A stretch of DNA of 64,000 nucleotides from Anaeramoeba ignava BMAN (taxonomy: Eukaryota; Protista; Anaeramoebae). This document shows, in pieces, positions 38,601 to 52,328 of the stretch. The first letter of the stretch is position 1, and every line of letters starts with the position of its first letter. The position numbers and the translations under genes were made by a program. The notes under the pieces were generated by a model. It was not told the DNA's origin and searched no databases. It saw only the letters and a program-made list of their open reading frames with translations. Location: assembly GCA_028826165.1 (NCBI GenBank), contig JAPDFW010000119.1, forward strand, positions 105,526-169,525, read 5' to 3'.

Positions 38601-39914
38601 AATTAAACATGAAAATATTGTTTGCATTACCGAAATATACAATACAGATAATTACATCTTTCTTGTTCTTGAATTGTATTTTCTAAAAAAAAATTTTTAA
38701 TTTTAATTTTAATTATGATTTTAATTTTAATTTTAATTTTAATTATGATTTATTAGATGCACTGGTGGTGAATTATTTGATAAAATTATTGCTAAAGGAA
38801 AGTATACAGAAGAAGAATCTCGCCAAGTTACAAAACAAATCCTTTCTGTGGTGAAATATCTTCACAATCAGAATATCGCTCATCGAGATTTAAAAGTAAA
38901 AAATTATCAAAATTAAAATTAAAGTCAAAATTAAAATTTAAATTAATATCAAAATTAAAATTAAATAAAAATTAAAATTTAAATTAAATTAAAATTTAAA
39001 TTAAAATTAAAATTAAAATTAAAATTAAAATTAAAATTAAAATTAAAATTAAAATTAAAATTAAAATTAAAATTAAAATTAAAATTAAAATTAATATTAA
39101 AATTAAAATTAAAATTAAAATTAAAATTAAAATTAAAATTAAAATTAAAATTAAAATCAAATTTAAAATTAAAATTAAAATTAAAATAAAAATTAAAATT
39201 TATTTATAAAATTAAAAATTAAATGATTTTAAAAAAAAAACAAGCCTGAGAACATTTTATTAGTTTCACAAGATGATGACACTAATATCAAAGTTGCAGA
39301 TTTTGGACTTTCAAGATTCTTTTCCGATTCTGACAAATTAGTAACTTTTGCAGGCACTCCACAATATTTAGCACCTGAAGTAATTCGCTCAGCAAATCGA
39401 GATGGATATGGAAAAGCATGCGATATGTGGTCAGTTGGGGTTATTCTTTACATTTTGTAAAACAAACTATAAATCAACTTCAAAATAATTTCTCAAAGAA
39501 ATTATTAAAAAAATTTTTTTCTTTTTAAATTCTTTTGAAAAAATTAAAATAGAATTACTGGATATATGCCATTTGCTTCTGAAAACCAGAACCAATTATT
39601 AAATCAAATTTTAAACGGTGAAGTTGAATTTCCTGATTCAATTTTTCAAGGAGTTACTCTTGCAGGTAAAAAAAAAAATAACTGATTTTTTTTTGAAATT
39701 TTTCTTAAAAGATCTTAATTTAAAATTTTTGACACTTTTTTTTTCTTCTTTTTTTTTTTTCTTTTTAGCCCGAAATTTGATTAGAAGATGTTTAACTGTT
39801 GATCCAGAAAAGAGAATTACTGCTGAAGAAGCTCTTCAACATCCTTGGATTCTTGGTAAAAGTCAAGAAATTAAAGACGAATTCCAAAACGTTGAAATTC
39901 ACAAAAAGAAATAA
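35673..39914 (+). CDS. FHA-domain Ser/Thr kinase (Chk2/Rad53/Dun1-like CAMK), multi-exon
   Basis: FHA: [34 protein letters not shown]. Kinase: [63 protein letters not shown]. Confidence 0.88.
37490..38377. repeat. (TAAATTAA)n octamer repeat filling a kinase intron
   Basis: Seen directly; this intron splits the GxGxxA loop. Confidence 0.9.
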
Positions 39915-40070
39915 TTCTTCTTCTTTTCTTCTTTTCTTTTCTTTTCTTTTTCTTTTCGAAATTTCCTTTTTTTTTTTTTCTTAATTCTCTTTTTTCTTTT
40001 TTCTCATTAAAAACCAAATTTCAAAAACAAAAATTTAAATTCATTTTTTCATTTTTTTTCTTTTCCAAAA

Positions 40071-41941
40071 ATGAATGATTGTTTATTTCTTGGTTTAAAT
40101 TATAGTCCAATTCTTTTCAAAAATGAATCTGATATGATAACAAAACCAATTCAATTTAAATTTGAAAATGAAAATGAAAATGAAAATGAAAAACAAATTA
40201 AACAAATTAAACAAATTTCATCAGGAATTTTTCAACAATTTTCCTTTTTAAAAATGGAAAAGCAATAGAATATTTAAAAGAAAATGATTCAAAACAAAAT
40301 CCTCAAAAAATTGAAGAAAATATTCAAAAAGTATCTGTTGGTAATCAAAATGAAGCTATTTTAACAATAGAAGGAAATGTATTTGCAAAAGGAAGAAATA
40401 TTAATCCAAATAATTCAAAAGAATTTATCAATATTTCATCATTAATTGAAGATCCAAATGATAGAATAATTGAAGATGTTGTTTCTGGAAAAGATTCAAT
40501 TTACTTATTAACTTCAAATCAAAATGCTTATGCAATTGGTGATAATAAATATTGTCAACTTGGTTTTGATTCATATGCACTTAATAAAACAGAAAAACCA
40601 ATTTTAATGATGAAAAATGTTTCTAAAATATTTTCAGGAATTTGTTCAGCTCATGTTTTTCTTTTAAATTCAAATCAAGAATTATTTGGATGCGGTTGGA
40701 ATAATTATGGTCAACTTGGATTAGGAGAATCAAGAATAACAAAAACAATAATCAATAAATTAACCAAAATCCAAAATATTCCAAAAGGCAAAATAATTGA
40801 TATTCAATGTGGAGGATTTCATTCAATAATGTTGGTTGAAAATGAAAATGAAAACCAAAATCCAAAAAGAAAACTTTATTCATGCGGAGATTATCGATTA
40901 AATGCACTTCAGAAAGAATATAAAGATACTTATGAATTTACTGAAATCAAATTATCTTTATTTGAAAATGAAAATGATTATATTCTTGAATTTTCTGTTG
41001 GAGATCAACATACTTTGATTTTAACTTCCAATTCAAAATTAATAGGATTTGGAAGTAATTCTTATGGCGAATTAGGAACTGGAAATACAGAAAAAGATCA
41101 ATCAATTCCAATTCAAATTGAACTTCCTAAATTAAGATTTAATGAAGATATTTCTAATTATCATATTTCTTGTGGATTTTACAAATCATTTCTTTATTAT
41201 TATTCTTCTTCTTTTTCCAATCTTGAAGAAGATTTGATAAAATTATTTGAAAGAAAAGAATTTTGTGATATTTCATTTAAAACCAAAAATGGAGAAATAA
41301 TTGAAGCTCATAAATTAATATTGAAATATAGATTAAATCAAAATCAAAATGAAATTGAAAAACTTCAAGAAATTATTTCAAAAAAATCAATTAAAGAATC
41401 AAATCAAATATTTGAAATGATTTATTCAAATAATTCCAAAATAAATCCAGAATTATATTCTGAAATTAAAGAAATTATAAATTCAAATGAAAAAATAGAA
41501 GAAACAATGAAAAGAATTTATTTAAATGAAAATGAAAATGAAAAAGATTTTATAATTGAAAGAAAAGAAAAACAATATAAATTTCCAAAATTAATATTAA
41601 TAATGAGAAGTGAATTATATCGAGGAATGTTTTTATCTGTAACAGAAGATAAATCTAATAAAGTTACAGATTATAGTGAATTAAGTAATAAATCATTTCA
41701 AATATTTGAATATTGGATTTATTCAAATCAAATTGAAGATGAAATTCAAATTACAAAAGAAATTATTGATGAAATTCAAATTGGAATTGATTATTTTCAA
41801 TTAAATCAAACAAATCCAAATTTATTTGATTTATTAATTAAAAAATTTAATATTCAAAATCAAAAGAAAACTCAAAATCAAATCAAAATCAAAACAAACA
41901 AACATTTTTTAGAAAAAGAACACTTCAAAAAAAATAATTAA
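40071..41941 (+). CDS. RCC1-repeat plus tandem BTB protein, paralog 2; frameshift at ~40230
   Basis: MNDCLFLG start; a missing T in a T-run joins it to the 40607 ORF frame; same RCC1 and BTB motifs. Confidence 0.85.
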
Positions 41942-42208
41942 AATCTAAATCTAAATCTAAATCTAAATCTAAATCTAAATCTAAATCTAAATCTAAATCT
42001 AAATCTAAATCTAAATCTAAATCTAAATCTAAATCTAAATTAAAATTAAAATCTAAATCAAAATTAAAATCTAAATCTAAATCAAAATCAAAATTAAAAT
42101 TAAATTGAAATTAAAATTAAAATTTCATTTTTTTGATTGGAAAAACTAGAAAAAAATTTTTTTTTTCAATTTTTCTCATTTTAAATTTTTCATTTTTTTC
42201 TTTTCAAA

Positions 42209-44572
42209 ATGAATGAAATTTGGTTTTTTGGTCAAAATGAATACACACAACTTTTAAAAAATAAACCAGATAAAATAACAAAACCAATTCAATTAAATTT
42301 TGAAAATGAAAATGAAAAACAAATTAAACAAATTTCAAGCGGTTTTTTTTCAACAATTTTCCTTTTTGAAAATGGAAAAGCAATAGAATATTTAAACGAA
42401 GAATATTCAAAACAAAATCCTGAAAAAATCCAAATTGAAAATATTCAAAAAGTAACTGTTGGTTCTCATAATGAAGCTATTTTAACAAAAGAAAGAAATG
42501 TATTTGCAAAAGGAAAAGATATCAATCCAAAAAATCCAAATAAATTTATCAATATTTCATCATTAATTGAAGATCCAAATGATAGAATAATTGAAGATGT
42601 TGTTTGTGGTGGTGTTTCAATTTACTTATTAACTTCAAATCAAAATGCTTATGGAATTGGTTCTAATTTTTTTTGTCAACTTGGTTTTGAATTTCCTCAA
42701 AAAATCGAAAAACCAATTTTAATGATGAAAAATATTTCTAAAATATTTTCGAGAAATTCTTTTTCCGTTTTTCTTTTGAATTCAAATCAAGAATTATTTG
42801 GATGCGGTTGGAATCAATTCGGCCAACTTGGATTAGGTTCAACATTACAAGAATTCAAAGAATTGACGCGAATACAAAATATTCCAAAAGGCAAAATAAT
42901 TGATATTCAAACAGGATTTAATCATTCATTAATGATGATTGAAGAAGAAGAAGAAGAAAATCAAAATCCAATTCAAAATCAAAATCCAAAAAGAAAACTT
43001 TATTCATGTGGTCATTTAAGGTTTAACGGATTTGGCAAAAAACAAGAAACAACAGAATTTACTGAAATTGAATCTCCTTTATTTGAAAATGATGATATTA
43101 TTGATTTTTCTATTGGCGGTTATCATACTTTGATTTTAACATCAAAAGGCAAATTAGTAGGTTTTGGTGATAATCTAAATGGTCAATTAGGAAATGGAAA
43201 TAAAAAAAATCAATTAATTCCAATTCAAATTGAACTTCCTAAATTTTCCTTTCATATTTCTAATTATCATATTTATTGTGGTGATTTGAATTCATTTCTT
43301 TATTATTCTCCTTCTTTTTCTAATCTTGAAGAAGATTTGATAAAATTATTTAGAAGAAAAGAATTTTGTGATATTTCATTTAAAACCAAAAATGGAGAAA
43401 TAATTGAAGCTCATAAATTAATATTGAAATATAGATTAAATCAAAATCTAAATCAAAATCAAAATCAAAATCAAAATCAAAATCAAAATCAAAATCAAAA
43501 TCAAAATCTAAATCTAAATCTAAATCTAAATCTAAATCTAAATCAAATACAAAATATAAATCAAAATCAAAATATAAATCAAATTCTAAATCAAAATCAA
43601 AATCAAAATCAAATTCAAAATCTAAATCTAAATCAAAATCTAAATCAAAATCAAAATCAAAATCAAAATATGAATCAAAATCTAAATCAAAATCTAAATC
43701 AAAATCAAAATCAAATACAAAATATAAATCTAAATCAAAATCAAAATCAAAATCAAATACAAAATCTAAATCTAAATATAAATCAAAATCTAAATCAAAA
43801 TCAAATACAAAATCAAAATCAAATACAAAATCTAAATCAAAATCAAAATCAAATACAAAATATAAATCAAAATCTAAATCAAAATCAAAATCTAAATCAA
43901 AATCAAAATCTAAATCAAATACAAAATCTAAATCAAAATCAAAATCAAAATCAAAATATGAATCAAAATCAAAATCAAAATCAAAATCAAAATCAAAATC
44001 AAAATGAAATTGAAAAACTTAAAGAAATTATTTCAAAAAAATCAATTAAAGAATCAAATCAAATATTTGAAATGATTTATTCAAACAATTCCAAAATAAA
44101 TCCAATATTATATTTTGAAATTAAAGAAATTATAAATTCAAATGAAACAATCAGCGAAACAATGAAAAGAATTTATTTAAATGAAAATGAAAATGAAAAA
44201 GATTTTATAATTGAAAGAAAAGAAAAACAATATAAATTTCCTAAATTAATATTAATAATGAGAAGTGAATTATATCGAGGAATGTTTTTATCTGTTACAG
44301 AAGATAAATCAAATAAAGTTACAGATTATAGCGAATTAAGTAATAAATCATTCCAAATATTTGAATATTGGATTTATTCAAATCAAATTAAAGATGAAAT
44401 TGAAATTACAAAAGAAATAATTGATGAAATTAAAATTGGAATTGATTATTTTCAATTAAATCAATCAATTCCAAATTTAAATACAATGATTATTGATGAA
44501 TTTAAAAAACAAAAAAAAAGAAATTCCAAAAAAAAACAACAAACAAGAAAAGAAAGTTGTTTAATTTATTAA
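42209..44572 (+). CDS. RCC1-repeat plus tandem BTB protein, paralog 3, with ~190-aa Q/N insertion and CaaX (CLIY)
   Basis: Intact 787-aa ORF; basic patch KKQKKRNSKKK precedes ESCLIY*. Confidence 0.9.
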   Translation: MNEIWFFGQNEYTQLLKNKPDKITKPIQLNFENENEKQIKQISSGFFSTIFLFENGKAIEYLNEEYSKQNPEKIQIENIQKVTVGSHNEAILTKERNVFAKGKDINPKNPNKFINISSLIEDPNDRIIEDVVCGGVSIYLLTSNQNAYGIGSNFFCQLGFEFPQKIEKPILMMKNISKIFSRNSFSVFLLNSNQELFGCGWNQFGQLGLGSTLQEFKELTRIQNIPKGKIIDIQTGFNHSLMMIEEEEEENQNPIQNQNPKRKLYSCGHLRFNGFGKKQETTEFTEIESPLFENDDIIDFSIGGYHTLILTSKGKLVGFGDNLNGQLGNGNKKNQLIPIQIELPKFSFHISNYHIYCGDLNSFLYYSPSFSNLEEDLIKLFRRKEFCDISFKTKNGEIIEAHKLILKYRLNQNLNQNQNQNQNQNQNQNQNQNLNLNLNLNLNLNQIQNINQNQNINQILNQNQNQNQIQNLNLNQNLNQNQNQNQNMNQNLNQNLNQNQNQIQNINLNQNQNQNQIQNLNLNINQNLNQNQIQNQNQIQNLNQNQNQIQNINQNLNQNQNLNQNQNLNQIQNLNQNQNQNQNMNQNQNQNQNQNQNQNEIEKLKEIISKKSIKESNQIFEMIYSNNSKINPILYFEIKEIINSNETISETMKRIYLNENENEKDFIIERKEKQYKFPKLILIMRSELYRGMFLSVTEDKSNKVTDYSELSNKSFQIFEYWIYSNQIKDEIEITKEIIDEIKIGIDYFQLNQSIPNLNTMIIDEFKKQKKRNSKKKQQTRKESCLIY

Positions 44573-44736
44573 TTAATTAAAAAATAAAGATTAAAAATAA
44601 AAGGAGAAATTCCCCTTTTTATTTTTCAATAAATTAAAAAAAAGCAAAAAAATTTTTTTCATTTTTTTTTCTTTTTTTTTCCGTTATTTTTTATTTTGTT
44701 TTCCTTTATTTCATTTTATTTTCCTTTTTTATTTTA

Positions 44737-47700
44737 ATGGCAAATAATCAATTAACAACAATTTTTGACCAACTTGATTTATTTCCTTTTGAGGACAATA
44801 CACCACATATTGAATCAGGAGAACCAACAATTTATTATTCAACAGAAAATTCACTTCAATTTTTTGATAAAAATGCATATAAAGATTCACCAGTTCTTGA
44901 AGACATGATAATGATTGAACAATTTGTAAAGAAAAATTAAAAACCAAAAAAAAAACAAAACAAACATTTGCAAGGTATTAATTTTTGGGAATAATTTATC
45001 TGCATTTTTGGGTATTTATCTTTAACACAGCAAGAAACAGCGAGACTTGGAGAAGAGTTGTTTGTGAAGCTTTATGCGCATCGTAGCATCACAAAAACCA
45101 TCATTAATGTATAAAATCATTGCAATATTTTTACAATTCGGGAAAATTAATTTATTTTTATATTCAAGGCATTTAATGAAGCTAAATTTGACACGCAAAC
45201 AAAAAGCGATGAAGTTCATCGAAAACGCATGGATCTTCTTAAACCCCTTTTTAATACTGCAAGAAAACTTATTAAATTCAGGGATGAAACAACTGATTAT
45301 ATTTGCGATGTAATCTTTGTTACATCTTTTTATGTCTTAGTTTTATTTTTTCTGTTTTATTTTTTTTTATTTTTTTTTTATTAGATTGTAAGAAGAATGG
45401 TTTCTTCAAAAAATAGAGTTGTTTTTCAAGATATAATTGAAGCTCTTGGTGTTTTAATTGATAATTATGTTCTTCTTGATTTATTGCTTAATCAAAAGCC
45501 TTCTTTTGCGAATGATTTTTCACAATATAAACGGTAATTTTACAAAATTCATTTTAAAATTCATTTAAAACTAAATTTAGAATTAAAATTAAAATTCATT
45601 TTAAAATTCATTTAAAACTAAATTTAGAATTAAAATTAAAATCAAATTCATTTATAAAATTAAAATTAAAATTAAAATTAAAATTAAAATTCATTTATAA
45701 AATTAAATTTAAAATTAAAATTAAAATTCATTTTAAAATTCATTTAAAACTAAATTTAGAATTAAAATTAAAATTCATTTTAAAATTCATTTAAAACTAA
45801 ATTTAGAATTAAAATTAAAATTCATTTATAAAATTAAAATTATAAATTAAAATTAAAATCAAAAATCAAAAATCAAAAATCAAAAATTGAAATCAAAATT
45901 AAAATTCATTTAAAATTAAAATTAAAATTGAAATTAAAATTAAAATTAAAATTGAAATTAAAATTAAAATTAAAATTCATTTAAAATTAAAATCAAAATT
46001 AAAATTAAAAATAATATTAAAATTCATTTAAAATTAAAATTAAAATTAAAATTAAAATTAAAATTAAAAATAATATTAAAATTCATTTAAAATTAAAATT
46101 AAAATTAAAATTAAAAATAATATTAAAATTTAAAAAGAGAATTCTCTTTTATGCATGATGATGATACTGAAAGTGCAAATATTACTGAAGAAATGCATCT
46201 TATTAGTCTTTTTTTTGCTAATAAATATTCATTACTTACTCATCTTAAAACTAAAATTCAAGAAATTGAACAGTAAAAAAAATCAATTTATTATTTCTTC
46301 TTCAAAATTTAAATATTAATTCTATTTTTTTTTAAAGAACTGCTTCTGTTTTTGAAGTTATTATTAATCATTATCTTGATCTTTTTCTTAATCAATCTTA
46401 TATTTTACCAAATGAAAAAAATCGACAAGTTAGAATGATTGCAACTTGTTTAATTTTATTAGATGATCCAAAAAATGAAAAGAAAAATCCATTTAAATCA
46501 AAATCAATTCCACTTACAAAAATTGGAAAAATTTTCAAAGTATATTTTAAAATTAAAATTCATTTACAAAATTAAAATTAAAATTAAAATCAAAATTAAA
46601 ATTAAAATTCATTTATAAAATTAAAATTAAAATTAAAATTCATTTATAATCAAAATTAAAATCAAAATTAAATTCATTTATAAAAATAAAATTAAAATTC
46701 ATTTATAAAAATAAAATTAAAATAAAAATTTAAATTCATTTATAAAATTAAAATTAAAATTAATTTATAAAATTAAAATTATAATTAAAATTAAAATTAA
46801 AATTAAAATTAAAATTTAAATTCAAATCAAAATTAAAATTAAAATTCATTTATAAAATTTAAAATTAAAATTAAAATTCATTTATAAAAATAAAAATAAA
46901 ATTAAAATCAAAATTAAAATTAAAATTCATTTATAAAATTTAAAATTAAAATTAAAATTAATATTAAAAATAATATTAAAAATAAAATTATAATTAAAAT
47001 TAAAAATAAAATTAAAATTAAAATCAAAATTAAAATTTAAATTCATTTATAAATTTAAATTCATTTATAAATTTAAATTTAAAATTAAAATCAAAATTAA
47101 AATTAAAATTCATTTATAAAAATAAAATTAAAATTCAAATTAAAATTAAAATTAAAATTCAAATTAATATTAAAATTAAAATTTAAATTTAAATTCATTT
47201 ATAAAATTAAAATTAAAATTCAAATTAATATTAAAATTAAAATTAAAATCAAAATTAAAATCAAAATATTAAAAAATAGCAACAACCATTCTTTCTTTTA
47301 TTTGGGGATATGTCAATTAAAATTGAAGAATATTTACAACAAGCACCACATTTTTCAACAGTAATTTGGGGGTCATTAGAAGACAAAAAAACAATTCAAC
47401 AATATTTATTAACAAATTATTTAACACAAGAAAGAAAGCAACATAATTCATATGTATCTGAATTTACACAAAAAATCAATTCAATAAAAACTCAAAAAGC
47501 GAATTTGGAAAACTTAAGTCGAGATCAAAGAAAAGATGTTGTTGAACTTGTTCTTCGTGGAATTCGTTTGATTTCTTCTTGGACAAGTAAAATTTTGGAA
47601 CAAGCTGCTTATAAATATACTCATGCCACAGAAGATGCTAAATGTCCTCTTGGTGCAACAGATTATGAAAGAGTAGATTTTATATTTCTATTTTATATTG

Positions 47701-50700
47701 AAATTAAAATTAAAATCAAAATTAAAATTAAAATTAAAATTAAAATTAAAATTAATATCAAAATTAATATTAAAATTAAAATTAAAATTAAAATTAAAAT
47801 CAAAATTAAAATCAAAATTAAAATCAAAATTAAAATTAAAATTAAAATTAAAATTAAAATTAAAATTTAAATCAAAATTAATATTAAAATTAAAATCAAA
47901 ATCAAAATTAAAATTAAAATTAAAATTAAAATTAAAATCAAAATTAAAATTAAAATTAAAATTTAAAAATAAAATTAAAATTAAAATTAAAATTAGGTTG
48001 TTAGATACAATTATACAACAAAAGAATTATCTACATTGGTTGAATTTATTGCTATGGTTAAAGGTCTTTCATATTTTATGGCAAAACATGATTATTTAAT
48101 TTCAACTATATTTCGTTCATTTATTTATGAAGAAATTCAAGATTTTGTTCAAAACACTTTGAGACCTTCAATTAAAAAAGCAGCTAAAAACAAAAAGAAA
48201 CCACAAACAAGAGACAAGTTATTATTAATAAGAACTTTATTTGCGGATTGGGCAGATGAAAAAATACCCAATGATCCAGCAGTTATTGGAAAAAATTACA
48301 AAAACACTTTCCAAATTTTGAGTAAATCTGCTGGAATTTCTAAAACTCAATTGATTTTATTAAGATTACTTGCTGAAAATTTACTTTTTAGTCTTGGAAA
48401 GAAAGGAGAAGTTATTAAATGCAAAGAAATTTCAGCAAAAGCTGTTAAGGCTATTGAGGAGTTTTTACATAAAACTTTATATTTCCAGTATTTGGTAAAT
48501 TTTTCTGATATTGTTTATGAATCTTCAAATCTTTCTCATTTATGGTACAGAGAATTTCATCTTGAGCTTACAAAAACTATTCAGGTGAATTTAATTTAAA
48601 AACATATTAAAATTAAAATTAAAATTAAAATTAAAATTAAAATCAAAATTAAAATTAAAATTAAATTAAAATTAAAATTAAATTTAAAATTAAAATTAAA
48701 ATTAAAATCAAAATTAAAATTAAAATCAAAATTAAAATTAAAATTAAAATTAAATTAAATTAAAATTAAATTAAAATTAAATTAAAATTAAATTAAAATT
48801 AAATTAAAATTAAAATTAAAATTAAAATTAAAATTAAAATTAAAATTAAAATTAAAATTAAAATCAAAATTAAAATTAAAATTTAAATTAAAATAATTAA
48901 ATTAAAATTAAAATTAAAATTAAATTTAAATTAAAATAATTAAATTAAAATAATTAAATTAAATTTAAAATTAAAATTAAAATTAAACTTAAAATTAAAA
49001 TCAAAATTAAAATTAAATTAAAATTAAATTAAAATTAAAATTAAAATCAAAATTAAAATTAAAATTAAAATTAAAAATAAAAATCAAAATTAAAATTAAA
49101 ATTGAAATTAAAATTGAAATTAAAATTAAAATTGAAATAAAAGTTTCCAATCGAAATGTCATTACCATGGATCTTAACACATCATGCACTTTCAATGCGA
49201 TCATCATACGTAGCAGAGATGATGTTATTCCCACTCTCACTATACGACGATTCATGTGATTGTGCAGTAAAAATACTGAAGGAGCAATTTATATTTGAAG
49301 AAATACAAGCAGAAGTCAATTTATGTTTTGATCAACTTGCATTTGAATTAGCAGAATCAATGTTTCTTCACTATAAATACTGGTCATCAACAATCCTTCT
49401 TGACAAAGAATTTCGCGCCGAGATCCAGAAGCTAAAGACTGCGTCGAACGAACTAAATCCGCCCAAATCACGCTACCACATCTTAGCAGTTCAAAGACAT
49501 TTCTCACTTTTGGGAAGAACAATTAATTTAAATAAGTTGATTTCACAGAAAATGAACAACATCATCCGCGAAAATATCAACATCGCAATCCAACGCTTTG
49601 AATCGTCGAATATTTCCGGAATCTTCTTACTCGAAGAACTTCTGAAAAACATTAAAATGACACATTTTCTTCTTTCACAACATTTTGAGTTGGATGAATT
49701 TGACACCATTTTCAACGAGATCAACGAAAGCATATCCCTAGTGTCTCTGCAAGGACGTATCGTACTTCATTGCATCTTTGAATTTATTGCGGATGTGATA
49801 CCGAATTTTGTGTACAATTCAACAACACAACGTTTCACACGTTCGCCGAGAACTTATGCAGAAAAAGTGGTTCGGGATGCGCCACCACGAATTCCGCCAG
49901 TGTTTCTTTTCGGCTCAAAGTTTCTGAATGATTCTTATGAAAGCATTGCCGATTTGAAGTCGGAATTTTTTGGCATTCCACATATTCTTTCAATTCTTCG
50001 AATTATTGGCGAACAAAATCTGCCACTTATTGCTCAAGAGTGCTTGACAAATGTCGAACTAAAAATCCAAAACGTCCTTGCACCTTATGTCGAGGAGCTT
50101 CTTAACGGCATTTCCACAAAGACCAATCTGCCGTCAATCGATTATGGAATTGACGGTTGTTTCGGTTATTTCGAACTTCCTTTGGATCCTATAAGAAAAT
50201 ATGGTCCTTTAGAGTCTGAAGTTTTCCAGAACTTCAGAGAACTTGGAAATACTATCATCCTCATGCGTCTTTTTGAACAAGCAATGACTGAACCTCATCT
50301 TAAAACTTTCATCAATTCTGCTCCCTTTTTGTGTCTTTTTCCAGATAAATTTTCCTTCAATGATGATGACGATAATAATAATGATAATTCTGATTATTCG
50401 AATTTGATTAATTTCCAAAATAAAAATTCAAGATCTATTAGTATGGTTACTTCTCAGTTACAGAAAATTTTGGCTAATCCTGAGTTTTCTCAAGATTTTA
50501 TACCAATTCGAGATATTGAGAATTTTTCACAAAATACTGAATCTGTAAATTAAATAATATTAAATAATTTATCAAATATTTTATTAAATATTAAATATTT
50601 GATTAAATAATTTATTAAATATTAAATATTTTATTAAATAATTTATTAAATATTAAATAAAATAATAAATAAAATATTTTATTAAATATTAAATAATTTA

Positions 50701-52094
50701 TTAAATAATTTATTAAATATTTTATTAAATATTTTATTAAATATTTTATTAAATATTTTATTAATTATTAAATAATTTATTAAATAATTTATTAAATATT
50801 TTATTAAATAATTTATTAAATATTTTATTAAATAATTTATTAAATATTAAATAATTTATTAAATAATTTATTAATTATTAAATATTTTATTAATTATTAA
50901 ATAATATATTAATTATTAAATAATATATTAATTATTAAATAATTTATTAAATAATTTATTAAATAATTTATTAAATATTTTATTAAATAATTTATTAAAT
51001 ATTTAAATATTTTTCAAATATTAAATTAATTTATTAAATAATTTATTAAATATTTTATTAAATAATTTATTAAATAATTTATTAAATAATTTATTAAATA
51101 ATTTATTAATTATTAAATAATTTATTAAATAATTTATTAAATATTAAATGTCAAATATTTTCAAATATTTTATTAAATAATTTATTAAATATTAAATGTC
51201 AAATATTTTATTAAATAATTTATTAAATAATTTATTAAATAATTTATTGAATAATTTATTAAATAATTTATTAAATATTAATTATTAAATAATTTATTAA
51301 ATAATTTATTAAATATTAAATGTCAAATATTTTCAAATAATTTATTAAATATTTTCAAATATTAAATATTAAATATTAAATAATATATTAAATATTAAAT
51401 GTCAAATATTTTCAAATATTTTCAAATAATTTATTAAATATTTTCAAATGTCAAATATTTTCAAATAATTTATTAAATATTTTATTAAATATTAAATATT
51501 AAATATTAAATATTAAATATTTAATATTAAATTTTATTAAATGCCAAAAAGGTTTACAAAATTAAATCAAAACCTCTCTCCTTATTCAAAGCTGTTTTAA
51601 TGCACGTCAACAAAATGCTTGACCCAGTTAGAAGTAAATGGCTTGGAAACTTCCAACCAGGATTAATCAACTTCGATCGTTCAAATGAATTCTATCGATT
51701 ATGGAGTTGCTTGCAATTTATGTTCTGTTTAGCTCCTGCAGAAGAAAACGATGAAAATGAAAATGAAAACGAAAATGATAACGATAACTTATTTTCTCAT
51801 CAAGAAACTTTTGGAGATGGTTTCTCTTGGGCTGGAATGACTATTATTTACTTCCTTAACCAAAAAGAACTCTTTAATTCTCTTGATTTTTCTTACCATC
51901 TTCTTTATGCTAATGATATTCTTAAAGAAAAAGCTAAATCTGTTGAACAAACTTATTTTTTGGATAATGCAAAATATTTGCGTGATTTGAATAATTTGAT
52001 TTTCTCCTTTTTGGATTCTTACGTTCCTTTACCTGATCCTCAAATCCAATTCTTTGAACCTCCAACTGAAGAAGAATTACAAAAAATTAAATAA
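44737..52094 (+). CDS. CYFIP: CYFIP / Sra1 / PIR121 subunit of the WAVE regulatory complex, multi-exon
   Basis: LFGDMSI, LWYREFHLELT / FPIEMSLPWILT, LYDDS, EIQAEVNLCFDQL, QRHFSLLGRTINLN, FRELGN, EFYRLWSCLQF, FGDGFSWAG. Confidence 0.95.
50545..51551. repeat. (TTTATTAAATAA)n-type repeat filling the last CYFIP intron
   Basis: Seen directly; GT at 50545, AG at 51550-51551, in frame with the final exon. Confidence 0.85.
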
Positions 52095-52328
52095 GGAAAA
52101 AAAACACAAAATTTTTGTTTTGCTTTTTTCTTTTTTTTCAATTAAAAAATCAAAATTCACAAAAAAAAAATTTTTTTTTTCTTTTTGAGGAACATTTTTA
52201 TAAGAAAGAAAAAAATTTTAATTTACCAAAAAGAAACAAAGAAACAAAGAAAGAAATAAAGAAATATAAAAAAAAACAAATTTGAAAATTTGGAATTTGG
52301 GATTTAAAATAAAAAAATGAAAAAAAAC

